Assembly (NCBI GenBank): GCA_025594325.1
Contig: JANHCV010000001.1
Location: 2,976,001-3,040,000 of the forward strand
Origin: Blastocladiella emersonii ATCC 22665
Taxonomy: Eukaryota; Fungi; Blastocladiomycota
Length of the DNA stretch: 64,000 nt
Reading direction: 5' to 3'
Part shown: positions 40,014 through 52,561 of the stretch, in pieces
Numbering within the stretch: position 1 is the first letter of the stretch
Layout of the letters: every line of letters begins with the position of its first letter
Translations under genes and position numbers: made by a program
The notes under the pieces: model-generated
The model's input: only the letters and a program-made list of their open reading frames with translations
What the model was told of the DNA's origin: nothing
Database searches by the model: none

Positions 40014-41768
40014 ATGAAAACGACCGGCAAAGCCCTCAAGCGCGCTGCCCCCGACTCGGACTCCTCGCTCTCTGATCTCGACGCTGCCTCTGCTCCCGAC
40101 ATGGTCCGCCCCGCCTCTGCCGCCGTCGCGTCGGCCGCCAAGATCGCCCGCAAGGAGGGCCCCGTCGTGTTTTGGTTCCGCAAGGACCTGCGCACCCGCG
40201 ACAACCGCGGCCTGCACCGCGCCTGGGTCCAGGCCGCGCACGTCAATCGCACTGGCGGCGTGCGCGCCGTGCCGGGCTCGGCCAAGGCCGCGGCGGCGTC
40301 GCCCTCGGCCGCCACCAAGTCGCCGCTCAACGGCGCGCTGCTCACCATCTTCGTCGTGTGCGGGTTGCAGTGGAACATGCACGACTACGCGCCCGTCAAG
40401 GTCGACTTCCTGTTCCGCAACCTGCGCGACCTGCAGCGCCGCCTCGAGGCCGACGCGATCCCGCTGACGGTGCTGCACGCCGCCACCATTAACGACGTGC
40501 CGCGCGTTGTGCGCGACTTCTGCGCCCAGCACGGCGCCACGCACCTGCACTACAACCTCGAGTACGAGGTGGACGAGGGCAAGCGCGACGAGAAGACGGC
40601 CGCGCTCGCGCGCGAGGCCGGCATCACCGTGGTCCCGTCGCACGACGAGTGCGTGGTCCCGCCGGGCCTCGTCACCACCAAGGAGGGTCGGTGCCCCGTC
40701 GTCTACTCGCCGTTCCGCCGCCGCTGGGAGCAGATTGTCCACGACAAGGCCCCGCAGGACTGGCTCGCCCTGAGCGCCGCGCCCGAGCCCAACCCGCCCG
40801 CCGTGCGCAAGGCCGTGCCGCACCTGTTTGGCACGCCGATCCCGGACCCGGCCGCGGACCCGGCCTCGCTGCCCGGCTACGAGCTCCCGTTCGTCCCGGC
40901 CGTCCTCGAGCACGCTCGCGGCGCGTACCCGGGCGGCGAGGACGCGGGCCACACGCGCCTGACCGAGTTCGTCAACAACAAGATCAAGGCGTACAGCGTC
41001 GACCGCGACTTCCCGGCGCTCGACGGCAACGCGGCCATCTCGGCGTACCTCGCGCTCGGCATCGTAAGCGCGCGCCAGTGCATTGCCGCGGCGCGTGCCG
41101 CCAACGACGGATCGCTCGACAAGGGCGACAAGGGCTGCGTGCACTGGATCCAGGAGATTGTCTGGCGCGAGTTCTATCGGCACATCCTCGTCGCGTTCCC
41201 GCGCGTGTGCATGAACCAGCCCTTCAAGCTCAACACCAACAGCGTGCCGTGGTCGGCGGGGCCCGAGGCCGAGGCGCAGTTCCAGGCGTGGTGCGAGGGC
41301 AAGACCGGGTACCCGCTCGTCGACGCCGGCATGCGCCAGCTGCTCGCCACGGGGTTCATGTCGAACCGCCTGCGCATGGTCTCGGCCATGTTCCTGACCA
41401 AGGACCTGCTCATCGACTGGCGCCGCGGCGAGAAGTTCTTCATGCAGCACCTGATCGACGGCGACCTCGCCAGCAACAACGGCGGCTGGCAGTGGGCCGC
41501 GTCCACGGGCACCGACTCGCAGCCCTACTTCCGCATCTTCAACCCGTACCTGCAGTCGGCCAAGTTCGACGGCGAGGGGACCTTCATCCGCAAGTACGTG
41601 CCCGAGCTGCGCGCCGTCAAGGACAACAAGGCCATCCACGAGCCCAACGCCAAGCTGCCGACCTACCAGTTCATGAAGCTCGGGTACCCGGCCCCGATCG
41701 TCGACCACAAGGCGGCGCGCGAGCGCGTCCTCGCCGCCTTCAAGGTCCCCGCCGACCAGGCCCATTGA
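40014..41768 (+). CDS. PHR1: Class I CPD DNA photolyase, intronless
   Basis: VFWFRKDLRTRDN, SAYLALGIVSARQC, EIVWREFY, WCEGKTGYPLVDAGMRQL, NRLRM, KDLLIDWRRGE, IDGDLASNNGGWQWAASTGTDSQPYFRIFNP. Trp-triad positions present. Confidence 0.95.
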   Translation: MKTTGKALKRAAPDSDSSLSDLDAASAPDMVRPASAAVASAAKIARKEGPVVFWFRKDLRTRDNRGLHRAWVQAAHVNRTGGVRAVPGSAKAAAASPSAATKSPLNGALLTIFVVCGLQWNMHDYAPVKVDFLFRNLRDLQRRLEADAIPLTVLHAATINDVPRVVRDFCAQHGATHLHYNLEYEVDEGKRDEKTAALAREAGITVVPSHDECVVPPGLVTTKEGRCPVVYSPFRRRWEQIVHDKAPQDWLALSAAPEPNPPAVRKAVPHLFGTPIPDPAADPASLPGYELPFVPAVLEHARGAYPGGEDAGHTRLTEFVNNKIKAYSVDRDFPALDGNAAISAYLALGIVSARQCIAAARAANDGSLDKGDKGCVHWIQEIVWREFYRHILVAFPRVCMNQPFKLNTNSVPWSAGPEAEAQFQAWCEGKTGYPLVDAGMRQLLATGFMSNRLRMVSAMFLTKDLLIDWRRGEKFFMQHLIDGDLASNNGGWQWAASTGTDSQPYFRIFNPYLQSAKFDGEGTFIRKYVPELRAVKDNKAIHEPNAKLPTYQFMKLGYPAPIVDHKAARERVLAAFKVPADQAH

Positions 41769-42022
41769 TTAATACCGTCATTTGTAATACATTTCTACCA
41801 TAGTGCATTTATTGCGTTGAAGGGAGAGAGGCCAGGAAGAGGCGAGCGGCGATCGGCGAGAGTCCGAAGAAGAGCCGTTGTGGCGCAGCGCGGTCGGCGA
41901 CCATGCAGCTGCGAGCCATGAGCGTCGCGCCACTCAAGGTCGTAGTCGTCATCGTGCGCTTCATTTTGTTCAACTTGGGTTCCATTTAGCAAAAAAAAGA
42001 GTAGACGTCATCAAATCACCCA

Positions 42023-44936
42023 TCATGCCTCGGCCTCGACCTCGTCCGCGGCAGGCTCGGCGGTGCTCACGGCTTCTTCAGGCGCCGTGGCCGCTGCCGC
42101 CGTGGGCGTCGCGTCGCCGCCGTCCGAGCCGCTGTCCGTGGCCCGCGTCGAAGCCGCCTCGGCCTGGATCCGCAGGACTACACACGCGAACCCATCAGTC
42201 AGTTTCACCTCACCGCCAAACCTCGCCAGACTACGTACGCTCAATCAGCGGCAGGTGCATGGTCTCGCGGTACACCGGGTACTGGTTCGCGGGGACGCGG
42301 GCCTTACCGGCCTCGTCGGCTGCGACCGCCCACTCGGCGGGGATCTCGATATCGCCGATGGTCCCAGCGAGCCGCGCGGGGAGCGACGCGCGCCACTTGG
42401 CGGTGACCTCGGGCACCTTGGCGGGCGCGAGCGTGCGTGCGGCGAGTGCGGCCTCGGGGACGCGGTCCGTGTCGACGAGCAGGTCGATGGCGGCGTGCGC
42501 GTCGCCGAGCGCCGTGAGGGCGGCGAACGCGACGTTGTGCTTGTTGGCGGCGACCGCCTGCGTGGCCACGTCGCGGAGCCCGGTGGCGTTGCCCGCCGAC
42601 AGGTACAGGAGCATGAGCCCCTCGAGGTCGGCGGCGCGGCGCAGGCACTCCTCGGCAATGTCGAAGCGCCACGCGGCGAGGGCGCCGTCGGCGACCACCT
42701 TCCACTTGGCGGGCTGGTCGGCCTCGGCGGCGATGGCGAAGGCGACGTCGAGCTTGCCCGCGGCGACGGCGAGGTCAAACTTGTGGTCCTGGTCGCTCGT
42801 CACCTCGAGCGCAAGGTCCACGAGCCCCTGCTTTTCGAGGAACTGGGCGAGCTTGTCGCGGTCGGCCGTGGCGACCGACGGGAGCACGGCGTTGGCGGCG
42901 TCGAGGTCGCGGCGCAGGATCGCCGTCTGGTACTGGATCACGGCGAGCGGCAGGCTCCACGAGAAGAAGTTGACCTCCTTGTCGCAGTAGTAGACGCGGT
43001 TGTCCTTGGCGAGGTACCCGAGCAGGTACATGGGGTTGTCAAAGTGCGTGAGCGTGAACACGTGCCCGCCCACCGTGTAGTTGAGCCGGTTGGCCGCCGA
43101 CGTGTACAGGAAGCAGTCGCCGACCCACGTCCCGGTCTTGACGGGCTCGTGGATCTCGAACAGCACGTCGAAGGCGGCCTCGACGCCCTCCTCGGTCGCC
43201 GTGGCCGCGAGTGCCTGCCACGCCTCGGGCTGGTACCGGAGCACGTAGAAGGACTCGTCGCACACGATGGCGACGAGGTCGCCGGCCTCGTTCCAGTACA
43301 CGGCCTTGGCGGCGGCCTCGATGCGGCGCACGATGCGCGCCGACTCCCAGTCGTAGAAGGTGATGAACCCGGCCGACGACCGCACGCCGAGCAGCGTGCC
43401 CGAGAACATGGCATCGGCGGCGTAGTTGAGCTGGCCGAGGGCGCTGGCCGCGAGCGACTTCTCCTTGAACTGCTTGTCGAAGATCTTGATGCGCGACGAC
43501 GACTCGCGGATCGCGTACTCGTTCTGCGGCGACCACGCAAACTCGAGGGCCGACCCGTACGCCTTGTTGCGCCACGCGAGCGCCGTGTAGATGATGTACT
43601 CGCCGTCGCCCGTGACCACGACGAACCGGCCGTTGGGCGAGTGCTGCAGCGCCTGCGGGTACATTTCGCAGCTGCCCATGTCCTTGACGGGGACCATGAT
43701 GCGCTCGCCGTCGGCGGCGGCGGTGGCGGCCGTGGACGCGTCCGAGATGGCCTTGAGGTTGGTGGTGAGCACCTCGTTGTGCTTGGCCCAGATCACCTTG
43801 CCGGCCGAGTCCATGGAGATGGCGGGCTCCTCGCCGCCGAGCTTGAGCACGACGCAGCCCTCGTCGAAGCCGACGGCGATGTTGTTGCTGCCCTTCTGGT
43901 AGGCGAGCGACCACACGCGCTCCATGCCGTAGTTGAGCGAGTGCTCGAGGCGGTTGGTGTGCGCGTTCCACACCTTGAGGGTGCCGTCCTCGGCGCCCGT
44001 GACGAGGATCGGGAGCTCCGGGTGGAAGGCCACGACCATGACGTTCTGGGTGTGGCCATCGAGCGTTGCCACGCACGTCTTGTTCTGGTAGTCCCACACC
44101 TTGACCTTCTGGTCATCGCCGCCCGAGATGAGGTAGGGCTTGTCGCCGCCGTGGTAGTAGTCGAGGCAGTTGACGCCCTTCTCGTGGCCCTGCAGGGTGA
44201 AGTTGGGCGTGGGCGAGTTGATGTTCCACACCTTTACGGTGCAGTCGAGCGACGCGGACGCGAACGTGTTGGCGTCCTTAGGGTTGAAGGCGACCTGGAA
44301 GATGAAGTGCGTGTGGCCCTCGTACGTCTACAGGAACGCGCGTGGTTCGTGAGGTAAGTTCGCGCTCGCGGGTCAGAGAAACGAGCACGACGACGCACCA
44401 TGACGTTCTTCCATCCCTTGTCCCAGTCCCACAACTTGATCAGAAAGTCGTCGGCGGAGGTGAGGACGAGCGACTGTGTTGGGTGAATCGAGATGGAGCG
44501 GATGTAGTCGGTATGGGCCTCGAACTGGGCCACCTTCTCGAACGTGTTGTAGTTGTACACCTTGACCTGGGTCTCGTCGCCGCCCGCGACGATCCACGAC
44601 TTGCGCGCGACGAACTTGGCCGCGCGCAGCGGGAGCTCGGACACCTCGAACGTCTTGACAGTGGCCTACAAGACAGAGGGGGAGCGCGTGAGAGGTGAAC
44701 GGCGCGGTCACTCGAGAGCCGCGAGCCGGACCTGCGTCTCGTAGTTCCAGACCCAGACGGAGCCATTGTACAGCGCGGCGAGGACCCACGGCTCGGTTGG
44801 GTGGATGTCCACGCACTTGACGCGGTCGGTCCGCGCCGTGAACTTGCGCTACATTGCGGGCACGACAGGGTCAGCGAACAGTTCCCGCTACGACTGATCG
44901 AGCACGGAGGGTACCAACCTTGATGTCAAGGCGCAT
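42023..44936 (-). CDS. SEC27: Coatomer subunit beta' (COPI), multi-exon
   Basis: [93 protein letters not shown]. Last exon 42174-42023. Confidence 0.96.
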
Positions 44937-45380
44937 TTTACCCTGAAGACGCGTGGTCGAGCGAGCGACAAGTATACATGGAGGGAGGCGCGCGTCGTCG
45001 CGGTCGGGTAAGCGATACATGTTCATGGTGCGTGTTCATGGGCCGCGCCGCGGGGGCGCGCGTGGATGGGCGCGTGCGCACCATGGCGGCAAGTCCCGAT
45101 CAGCGACGGGATGGGCGCGAGGTGGTGAGGGTGGAGGAGGGGAGGGCGCGGCGGCGGAGCGACTTTGCGCGAGTGTGGCGGCGGCGGCAGCGACGACGCG
45201 CGGCGTTGGCGTTTCGAGAGGCGATCTCAGCGCACGTGGCCGTCGTGACCGCTGTCTCGCGCGGCGCAACGCGTCTCGCACCGCAGACGCGACGTATTGC
45301 GTCGTTGGCACCTCGAAGCTCGCCTCTACGAACTCGCAGAGACACGATGCAACGCTTGCATGTAACCTAGTGCCGCCACC

Positions 45381-46780
45381 ATGTTTGACCCAAAGTACTG
45401 GCGCGCCCTCGCGCGTGGACCCGAGTATGTGGCGCCGCACACGACCGTGCTCGAGGGCCGCCCGCTCGCGACGCCGACCTCGACGCAACCTCCCGCGCTG
45501 CTCGGCTCGCCCAAGACGGCCCGCATCGCGCTCCCGCCGAGCTCCTCGCGGGCGTTTGCCGCGGCGTCGTCGATCGGCAGCAGCGGCGCAGCGCACTTCA
45601 AGCGCACCGCCACCAACCAGAGCCCCCGCCGGCCCGCGGCAGCAGCACAAGGGCCGCCCGGGCAAGCGCTGGCGCCCGTTCCGACGCCGCGGCCGCCACG
45701 CAGCACTCGCACGCTGACCAAGCTGATCGAGGAGATTGAAGAGTACCAGCGGCGCGACATCCACGCGCGCGTGTCGGGCCACCTCAACCACGACAAGGTG
45801 TTTGCGCCGCTGCGCACGCTGACGATCCGCAAGTCGGCGCACACGTGGCTCGAGGAAGACCCCGTCGCCGCGGCCGAAGCGGGCGCTGAGCTCGACGGTG
45901 GCCGGCCCGCGAGCCCCGTCGCTCCGGAGCGGGCAAGCTCTCCGGCGGCAAGACCGCAAACGCCGCCGGGTTCGGGCGACCCCAGTCCGCCACAGCCGTC
46001 GTCGTCGCCTACGAGGAAGCGACGCATCGGCATGGTGCGCGACGCGGCAGCAGCGGGAGGAGCGCGCGCGTCATCGCCCGACCCGCCGCCCATCACGACG
46101 ACGGTGCCGCTGCGCCAGCGCAACCCGGACCGCGCCAACGTGCTGTACCACCAGTTTGAGGAGGAGCTCAAGGTGCAGGCGAGCCAGCCGCTCGGGCGCG
46201 TGCAGGTGGCGAGCCGGTACTTTGACCTGCTGATCCAGGACTTTCGCATGTTCGCACCGCTGCTGTCGGGGATCAAGACCGTGTACCAGGAGGTGGTCGA
46301 CCAGTACCTGACGGACGTGCGCGAGCTCGACCACCTCAAGCGGCAGCTCATCAAGTCGATCGGTACGCTCATGAGCGCGCGCTGGTGCGGGTTCGGGGCT
46401 AACCGCCGCGTCCCACCGTAGCCGAGCACCAGGCCAAGGCGTCACGGCACGATGACCTCGAGGACGAGTGCCGAGACTTGACGGCAGAACGCGATACGCT
46501 CGCGGCGCACGTGCACGCGCTCGAGCTGCAGCTACAGCAGATGGAGGCGAGCAACGCGGCGGCCAGCGACGAGGAGCAGCGGGACCAGGCGCTCGGGCTC
46601 ATGGTGCCCGGGGGCACCGGCTACGACGTGGGCGGGTCGGTGATGCCGAGCATGGCCAACTCCATGTACCAGCTCGCCGAGTCGTCGTCGTCGACATCGG
46701 GGGAGGCGGCGCGCGAGGCAGTCACCTCGCCCGATGTGCCCGAATCGAGTAGCCCACAGCCGGCACAGCCTGGCGCATAG
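45381..46780 (+). CDS. TSNAXIP1 (translin-associated factor X-interacting protein 1)-like coiled-coil protein, intron 46363-46421
   Basis: RVQVASRYFDLLIQDFRMFAPLLSGIKTVYQEVV resembles the TSNAXIP1_N motif (FdxfIxdFktYkplLsxIKxEYE), followed by a coiled coil. The intron keeps frame. Confidence 0.6.
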
Positions 46781-48268
46781 AATACACAGAGCATCCCTTC
46801 CGATTGCCGCGTCAGCAGGGAAAGTTGAGTGAGCGATCCCGAGAAGCGGCGCCCATCGGCCGCGCTCAGGGACCGCGGCGATGGCGTCCGCGGTTCGCAT
46901 CGGACCCCATCGCGCCGTGCGGGATCCCCGATTGCCACGGTCCGGCGGCTGAGAAGGCGAGGGAAGCTTCGTCCAAGTCACTCCACCGAAACGGAACCTG
47001 AAATCGCTGCCAAGTCGGCGGTGGCTGTCGAGGTCAAGGAGAGCTCGCGCTCCGCAGATCACTCTCGCTCCTCGCCACCACCATTCCTCGGTCTCCCCTC
47101 GCGGGCATCATGCAGCATGATGAATCGAGTTGGTGCAGTGGAGAGCGCGCGCGGCCGCCGCTGCCTACGCTGCCGTGCGGGTGCCCTGCTCCTGAGCGGC
47201 CTTCGTCGCTGCGACCACTCTCGCTCGCCGCACCACGCTCGCTGCTGCCCTCTGCACCTCCGCGTCGCGCTCGTGCGGGCGACTTCATTCCCCACCACGC
47301 CTCATGCCTCACGACTCGGACCTCGAGAGCTCCGGCCGCCTGACCATCGCGGGCGCGCCGATTCACGCCGACGCGGCGTGCATCGGGGTTCCTGCGGCTG
47401 CGCCACATCACCTGACCGCGTCGGGGACTCATTCCGGCACCTTCTCGCGTCTTCGCCGCGTCCGATCGGCTGCGCGCGGCGCGGCGCGGCGCGGCCGGCT
47501 GAAAAGAAATGGCTCGCTCGTGTCCTCGTTGCCAGCGACGGTGACGCCGAGTGCGTGTCGCTGACGGGGTCTTCGTCTTCGTCGCCGCCCCTGCCCGCGC
47601 GTTCCTCTCGCTCGCTGCCACGTCGCCCGCCGCGCGCCAAGCCAGCGCGCTGCTGACCAAGAGGACGGCGCGGACGCAGCGTGCGTCATGCAACTCGGGG
47701 CTGTGGCCGTCTCGCAGCCGCGTTCGCGGTGGTGTTGCGAGCAGCGGCGAAGGTGCGTGTGTGGGAACCGGTGCGTGGCGGGCGCGCCCGACCGCGCGCA
47801 GCGGGCACGGAGTGGACCGTCCCGGTTGACTCTTTGTGACGATTTTTTTTGCACAAAGTGGCTGCGCGGGCATTCGGTGCGGAACGGGCGGAGCGCAGGG
47901 CGGAGGAGCGTTGAAGCAGCAGAGGGCAGAGCGGGATGCGCCTCGCGGCGTGGCGCGTGCGTCTGGCGGCGCGCCTGATCGCGAGCCGGGCCCCGCGCTC
48001 ACCATCGCCTTCCGCCCGCCGCGCCGCGCCCGCCATCGTGATGGCCTCCCTCCCGCGCCGCCGCTGCTGGCGCCGCTCCCGGCCGGCCATGAACCGCCTG
48101 CGCTCAAAAGGGACCCGCTCCCTTCTCCGCAGACCATGATCCAGCACGCTCCACGCACACGCTCGCTGTCCACGCCGCCATCCTCGCGCTCGCCCTCGTC
48201 CCACGCCCGCCCGCCCTCGACCTGATCGACCACCCCGCTCTCGGACTCGATCCTCAACCGTCCTCAAG

Positions 48269-48381
48269 GTACCCACGCCCGTGCCTCCCATGCCCCGCCC
48301 TGCGCGCGCGCCAAATCCGCCCTCGATCCCGCGCCCCGACGCTAACCGCGCCCGCCCCGCCCCGCTCCCACAACAACACAG
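48269..48381 (+). other. Predicted 5'-UTR intron of the WC-2-like gene
   Basis: AAG|GTACCC donor, GCTAAC branch near 48342, ACAG acceptor 19 nt before the ATG at 48400. Confidence 0.55.
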
Positions 48382-48399
48382 TCCCCCCGCCCCCGTTGT

Positions 48400-51068
48400 A
48401 TGACTGCGCCCTCCAGCGAGGCGCTCGCGGTCCACTCGTACTACTACTACTACCTCGACGACAACGGCATGTCGAGCTCCTCGCCCATCAGCCCCGCCTA
48501 CCCGGCCGCGTCGCTGCCGCCCGCCTCGTCGACCCCGTCGGCCGCGGCCGCCTACGCCGGCGCCGGCGTCCCGCCGCCCGTGGCCGCCCCCTACTCGTCG
48601 TACGCGAACGGGTACCTCGCCGGCACCGCCTACCCGCGCTACCCGGCCCCCGCCAACTCGAGCTACTCCGCCCACGCCGGCTATGCTTTGGCGCTGCACC
48701 AGTACGCGGCCGCGCCATCGGCCGCCGCCGCCGCGCTGCCCCCACCGCCGCCCCCGCCGCCGCCCATGCTCGGCGAGCGCGCGATTGTGACGACGGCCGG
48801 GTCGTCCGCCGCCGCGGCCACCGTGGTGGATCCGGCCGCCGTGTCCAGCGGCGGCCCGCTGCTGACGAACCCGCTGGCGCTGCAGTACGTGCCGCCGCCG
48901 TCGCTCGTGGCGCCGCCCGAGGTCGTGAGCCCGCGCGACGTGTTCACCAACATGTACACGAACGGCCCGCTGTCGGCGCCCGCGTACGGCTCGCGGTTCG
49001 ACGACGCCATGGCCGCCGCGGCCGCCGCGCAGGAGCGCCGCAACCACCACCACACCCACCACCACCACCATCACCACCAGCACGAGCCGCGCTCGGCGCA
49101 CCCGAACACGTCGCCGCGCGCGTCGTGGAACGCGCACCAGAACGGGTCCGCGGCGGCCGCGGCCGCGAGCGCGGCGGCACGCGGCCAGCGGCCATCGGCA
49201 TCGTCGCTCCCGGCCTCGGCCGTCACCTCGCCCACCCGCGCCGGCGGCCGCGACCGCCAGCGGTCCCCGCGCGCCGCGCGCAACGGCGCTGCACCGGTCC
49301 GTTCCCTTTCTGTTTGATCCGTGGGTGTGATGGGCCGTGAACTCATTTCTCCTCTTCGCTCGGTGCTCGGTGATTCTCCTCTACGCTGCTGTTCCTGCCC
49401 CCTCCTCAACTCGTCTTCGTCGTCGTTATCCTCCATCCACGGTCTCCGGCTTCCTCAGTACAGGTACGATCCTCGTCTCGCGGTCATCGCCATCGCGGAA
49501 CCACGCTAACCCGCCGCGAATCCCATAGCTCTCGCCGGATAAACTCGGCGTTGTCTGCTCCCCGGCCCGCGCGCAACGGCTCCTCCGCATCCGCCGCCGC
49601 GGCCAGCGGTAACGACACTGCCGGGTACGACGAGGACTCGCGCTCGGCGTCGCCATCCTCGTCGCCCACGTCCAACGGCAACCAGTCGTCGAGTCACCCG
49701 GCCAGTATCACCGACAGCGGGGTCGGCGGCAGCGTCGACGGGACCGGTGCCGCCGCGGCGACCAACACCGCCGACTCCAAGTCCGCGGCCGCTGCTGCCG
49801 CCGCCGCCGCCGCCTCGGGCGGCCGCCCCAGCAAGAACGCGCCGCCGGCGGCGCTGCAGCTGTCCAAGGACCGGCCGTGGGCGCAGGCCGTGGTCGACCA
49901 GATCTCGGACCTAATCCTGACGCTGGCGCCCAACGGCACCATCATGTGGGCGTCGCCGTCGGCGCGCCAGGTCGTCGGGTTCGCGTCCAACGACCTGTGC
50001 GGGCACCACCTCGGCGAGTTCATCCACCCCGAGGACGCGCAGCTCGTGACGCGCACGCTGACGTCGGCGCTCGCGCGCCAGATCCACTTTGAGCTCACGT
50101 TCCGCACTCGCCGCAAGAACGCCGACTACATTCTGCTGCAGGCGACGGGCCGCGCGCTGCACATCGAGGCCCACCCCGAGGACGCAGCGGCCAACGGGTC
50201 CGCGGGCTACACCCACGCCGCCCCCGCCGCGCCCTCGCACGCCGCGCCGGCGATCCCGGGCACCATCAACCCGTTTGCGCTGCCGTACGGTCCCGGCGGC
50301 GTCATGGCGGCGGCCGGACTGAGTCTCGGCGGGTCCGCCGCCGTGGTGCGGCCGCCGCTGATCGTGCTCATGTGCCGCGAGTACCCGGCCAGCGCGCACA
50401 CGAGCATGCTCGACACGGTCGTCGACCTGTGGTACGAGAACGAGGTGCTGCGCCAGAAGCTCGCCGACGGGTACGCGCGCCGCGGCCAGCCCGTCCCCGA
50501 GTCGAGCGTGCTGCGCGCCACGGTCCCGATCGACGGGATCAAGCTCGCGCCGCCCGGCATGGCTGCTGCCGCGGCTGTGGCCAACGACGCCGACGTGTCC
50601 GGCGAGGACATGGCGGGGATCGTCGTGCCCGCCGTGATCGCCGGCGGTCGCACCATCGCGCCCAGCGCGCTCACGCTCGGCGCCGCCGTCGCCGCGAGGA
50701 GTACCATGGTCGCGGGCGGCGTGGTCCCGTCCGACATTCTGCGCGCCGTCACGGCGACCGCGGCCGCGGCGACCGAGTCGAACGGCGCCGCCGCCGACGC
50801 GAACGGGTCATCCGACACGGGCGCGTCCGCCAACGGCGGAGCAGAATCGTCGAGCTCGGCCAACCCGCGGCGAAAGAAGCGCAAGGTGGCGCCCGTCGAC
50901 CACGGCCCGCAGGAGCGCGTGTGCATCGACTGCGGCACGACCAAGAGCCCCGAGTGGCGCAAGGGCCCGACGGGCGCCAAGACGCTGTGCAACGCGTGCG
51001 GCCTGCGGTACGCGAAGCGCGTCAAGTCCGAGTCGCAGGCGGTCGCGGCCGCGAGCGGCGCGCCATGA
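48400..51068 (+). CDS. White collar-2-like PAS + GATA zinc-finger transcription factor. Model: 48400-49296, microexon 49459-49463, 49529-51068 (5' exon structure tentative)
   Basis: PAS domain ([18 protein letters not shown]...IHPED...TFRTRRKN). WC-2-type [20 protein letters not shown]-terminal [33 protein letters not shown]. No LOV motif (NCRFLQ), so not WC-1. Confidence 0.85.
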
Positions 51069-51365
51069 TGATCGGGCGCGACGGCGACGGTAGCTGCTGC
51101 GGCGAGGACGAGATTTATACACCACCCTATGCAATGAGACGCTTACCTTCTCTTCCCGCTCGTTGATGGATTCCGTGATGGCCGACGCGCGAGAGGCAGG
51201 CAAGCTGCGGCGCCGCGCCCACGTGCGTGTGGCTGTGGCGCAGGGCGCTCTCGCTTGAGCTCGCATGAAACGGCTCCGACTGCACCGGTCCTCGCTCTCT
51301 CCATCTGGCCCTCGTCGCCACCACGAAGCACACGCAACACCGTCTGCAGCAAACGAACCGACTCC

Positions 51366-52561
51366 ATGAACTCGTCCCGCCGCCTCGTCGTGTGCCTGGT
51401 CGTCGTCGTCCTCGTCCTGTTCTCGTTCATGCTGTCGGGCCTGGCGCCCGACGCCGGGGACGCGGCGTCGATGCGCGGCGGCTCGGCCATGGCGCAGTTG
51501 CGGCCCGCCGGCGACGATGAGGGGTTCGAAGTCGTGAACCCCGGCTCGTCGTCGTCGTCGGGCGCGACCGGCGCCATCGGCGGCATCAAGGCGGCGCTCC
51601 CCGCGGGCTCGGCGAGCGACGTCATGGCATGGATCAAGTCCAAGACGCCGTCGTTTGGCAGCTCCGGCACCGAGCGCGGGTCCGTCATCATGCCCAAGAT
51701 GGGCAACGAGACGCTGCGGTACGACTGCTCGCGCTGAGGGCGGAGAGAACTTGGCGGCGGCGCTGACGGACGATGACCTCGTAGCGCCGAGCTCGGCCAC
51801 TCGTCGTGGCACCTCATCCACACCATGGGCAACACGTACCCGCACAAGCCCAAGGCCGACGAGCGCGAGGCCATGCGCACCTTCATCTACCTGATTGGCC
51901 GGCTGTACCCATGCGGCGAGTGGTTCGTACCTTGCCCCGGCCCGCTGATCGCACTCCGCTGACCAACGAGTCGTGTAGCGCCGAGCACTTCCAGCAGATG
52001 CTCGCGGTGCACCCGCCCGAGCCGCACCTCGGCAGCCGCGACGAATTGTCGCAGTACCTGTGCAAGCTGCACAACAAGGTGAACCTGCGCCTGGGCCACG
52101 CCATCTTCGACTGCAACAAGGTCGGCGACCGGTGGAAGTGCGGGTGCGCCGACGCCGACGACGACAAGGACAAGGATGCGCTCACGAAACCCGCCAAGCA
52201 CCAGCGCCTGCCCCACGTCCCGCCCACCGCCGACAACGGCAAGTTTGGCGGGGTCCAGACCAACGGGTCGATGCCGATTCCGGACGTCGTGGGCAAGGAG
52301 ACCGCGGCCGACGACGAGGACGAGGAAGAGGACCCGGAACTCGCCAACCTGACCCCGCTCGAGCGCGCCATGCGCATGGAGTTCCGGTCCATGTTCCCCG
52401 AGGACTACGAGGCCGCGCTCAAGGGCGCGCGCGCCGCGCCACCAACGTACCCGGCCAAGCCGCGGAACGCGACCGTCGAGGCGTCCATGGCGCCCGCCAT
52501 CAACGCAACGGTCGTGTCGAGTTCGACGGCGTCGCGGCGGCGCCGGTCGGAGCGCGCATAG
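51366..52561 (+). CDS. ERV2: Erv2-type FAD-linked sulfhydryl oxidase (ER). Introns 51719-51784 and 51923-51978
   Basis: N-terminal TM anchor, MPKMGNETLRAELGHSSWHLIHT, LYPCGECAEHF (CxxC), LCKLHNKVNLRLG, and C-terminal WKCGC shuttle motif. Confidence 0.92.
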
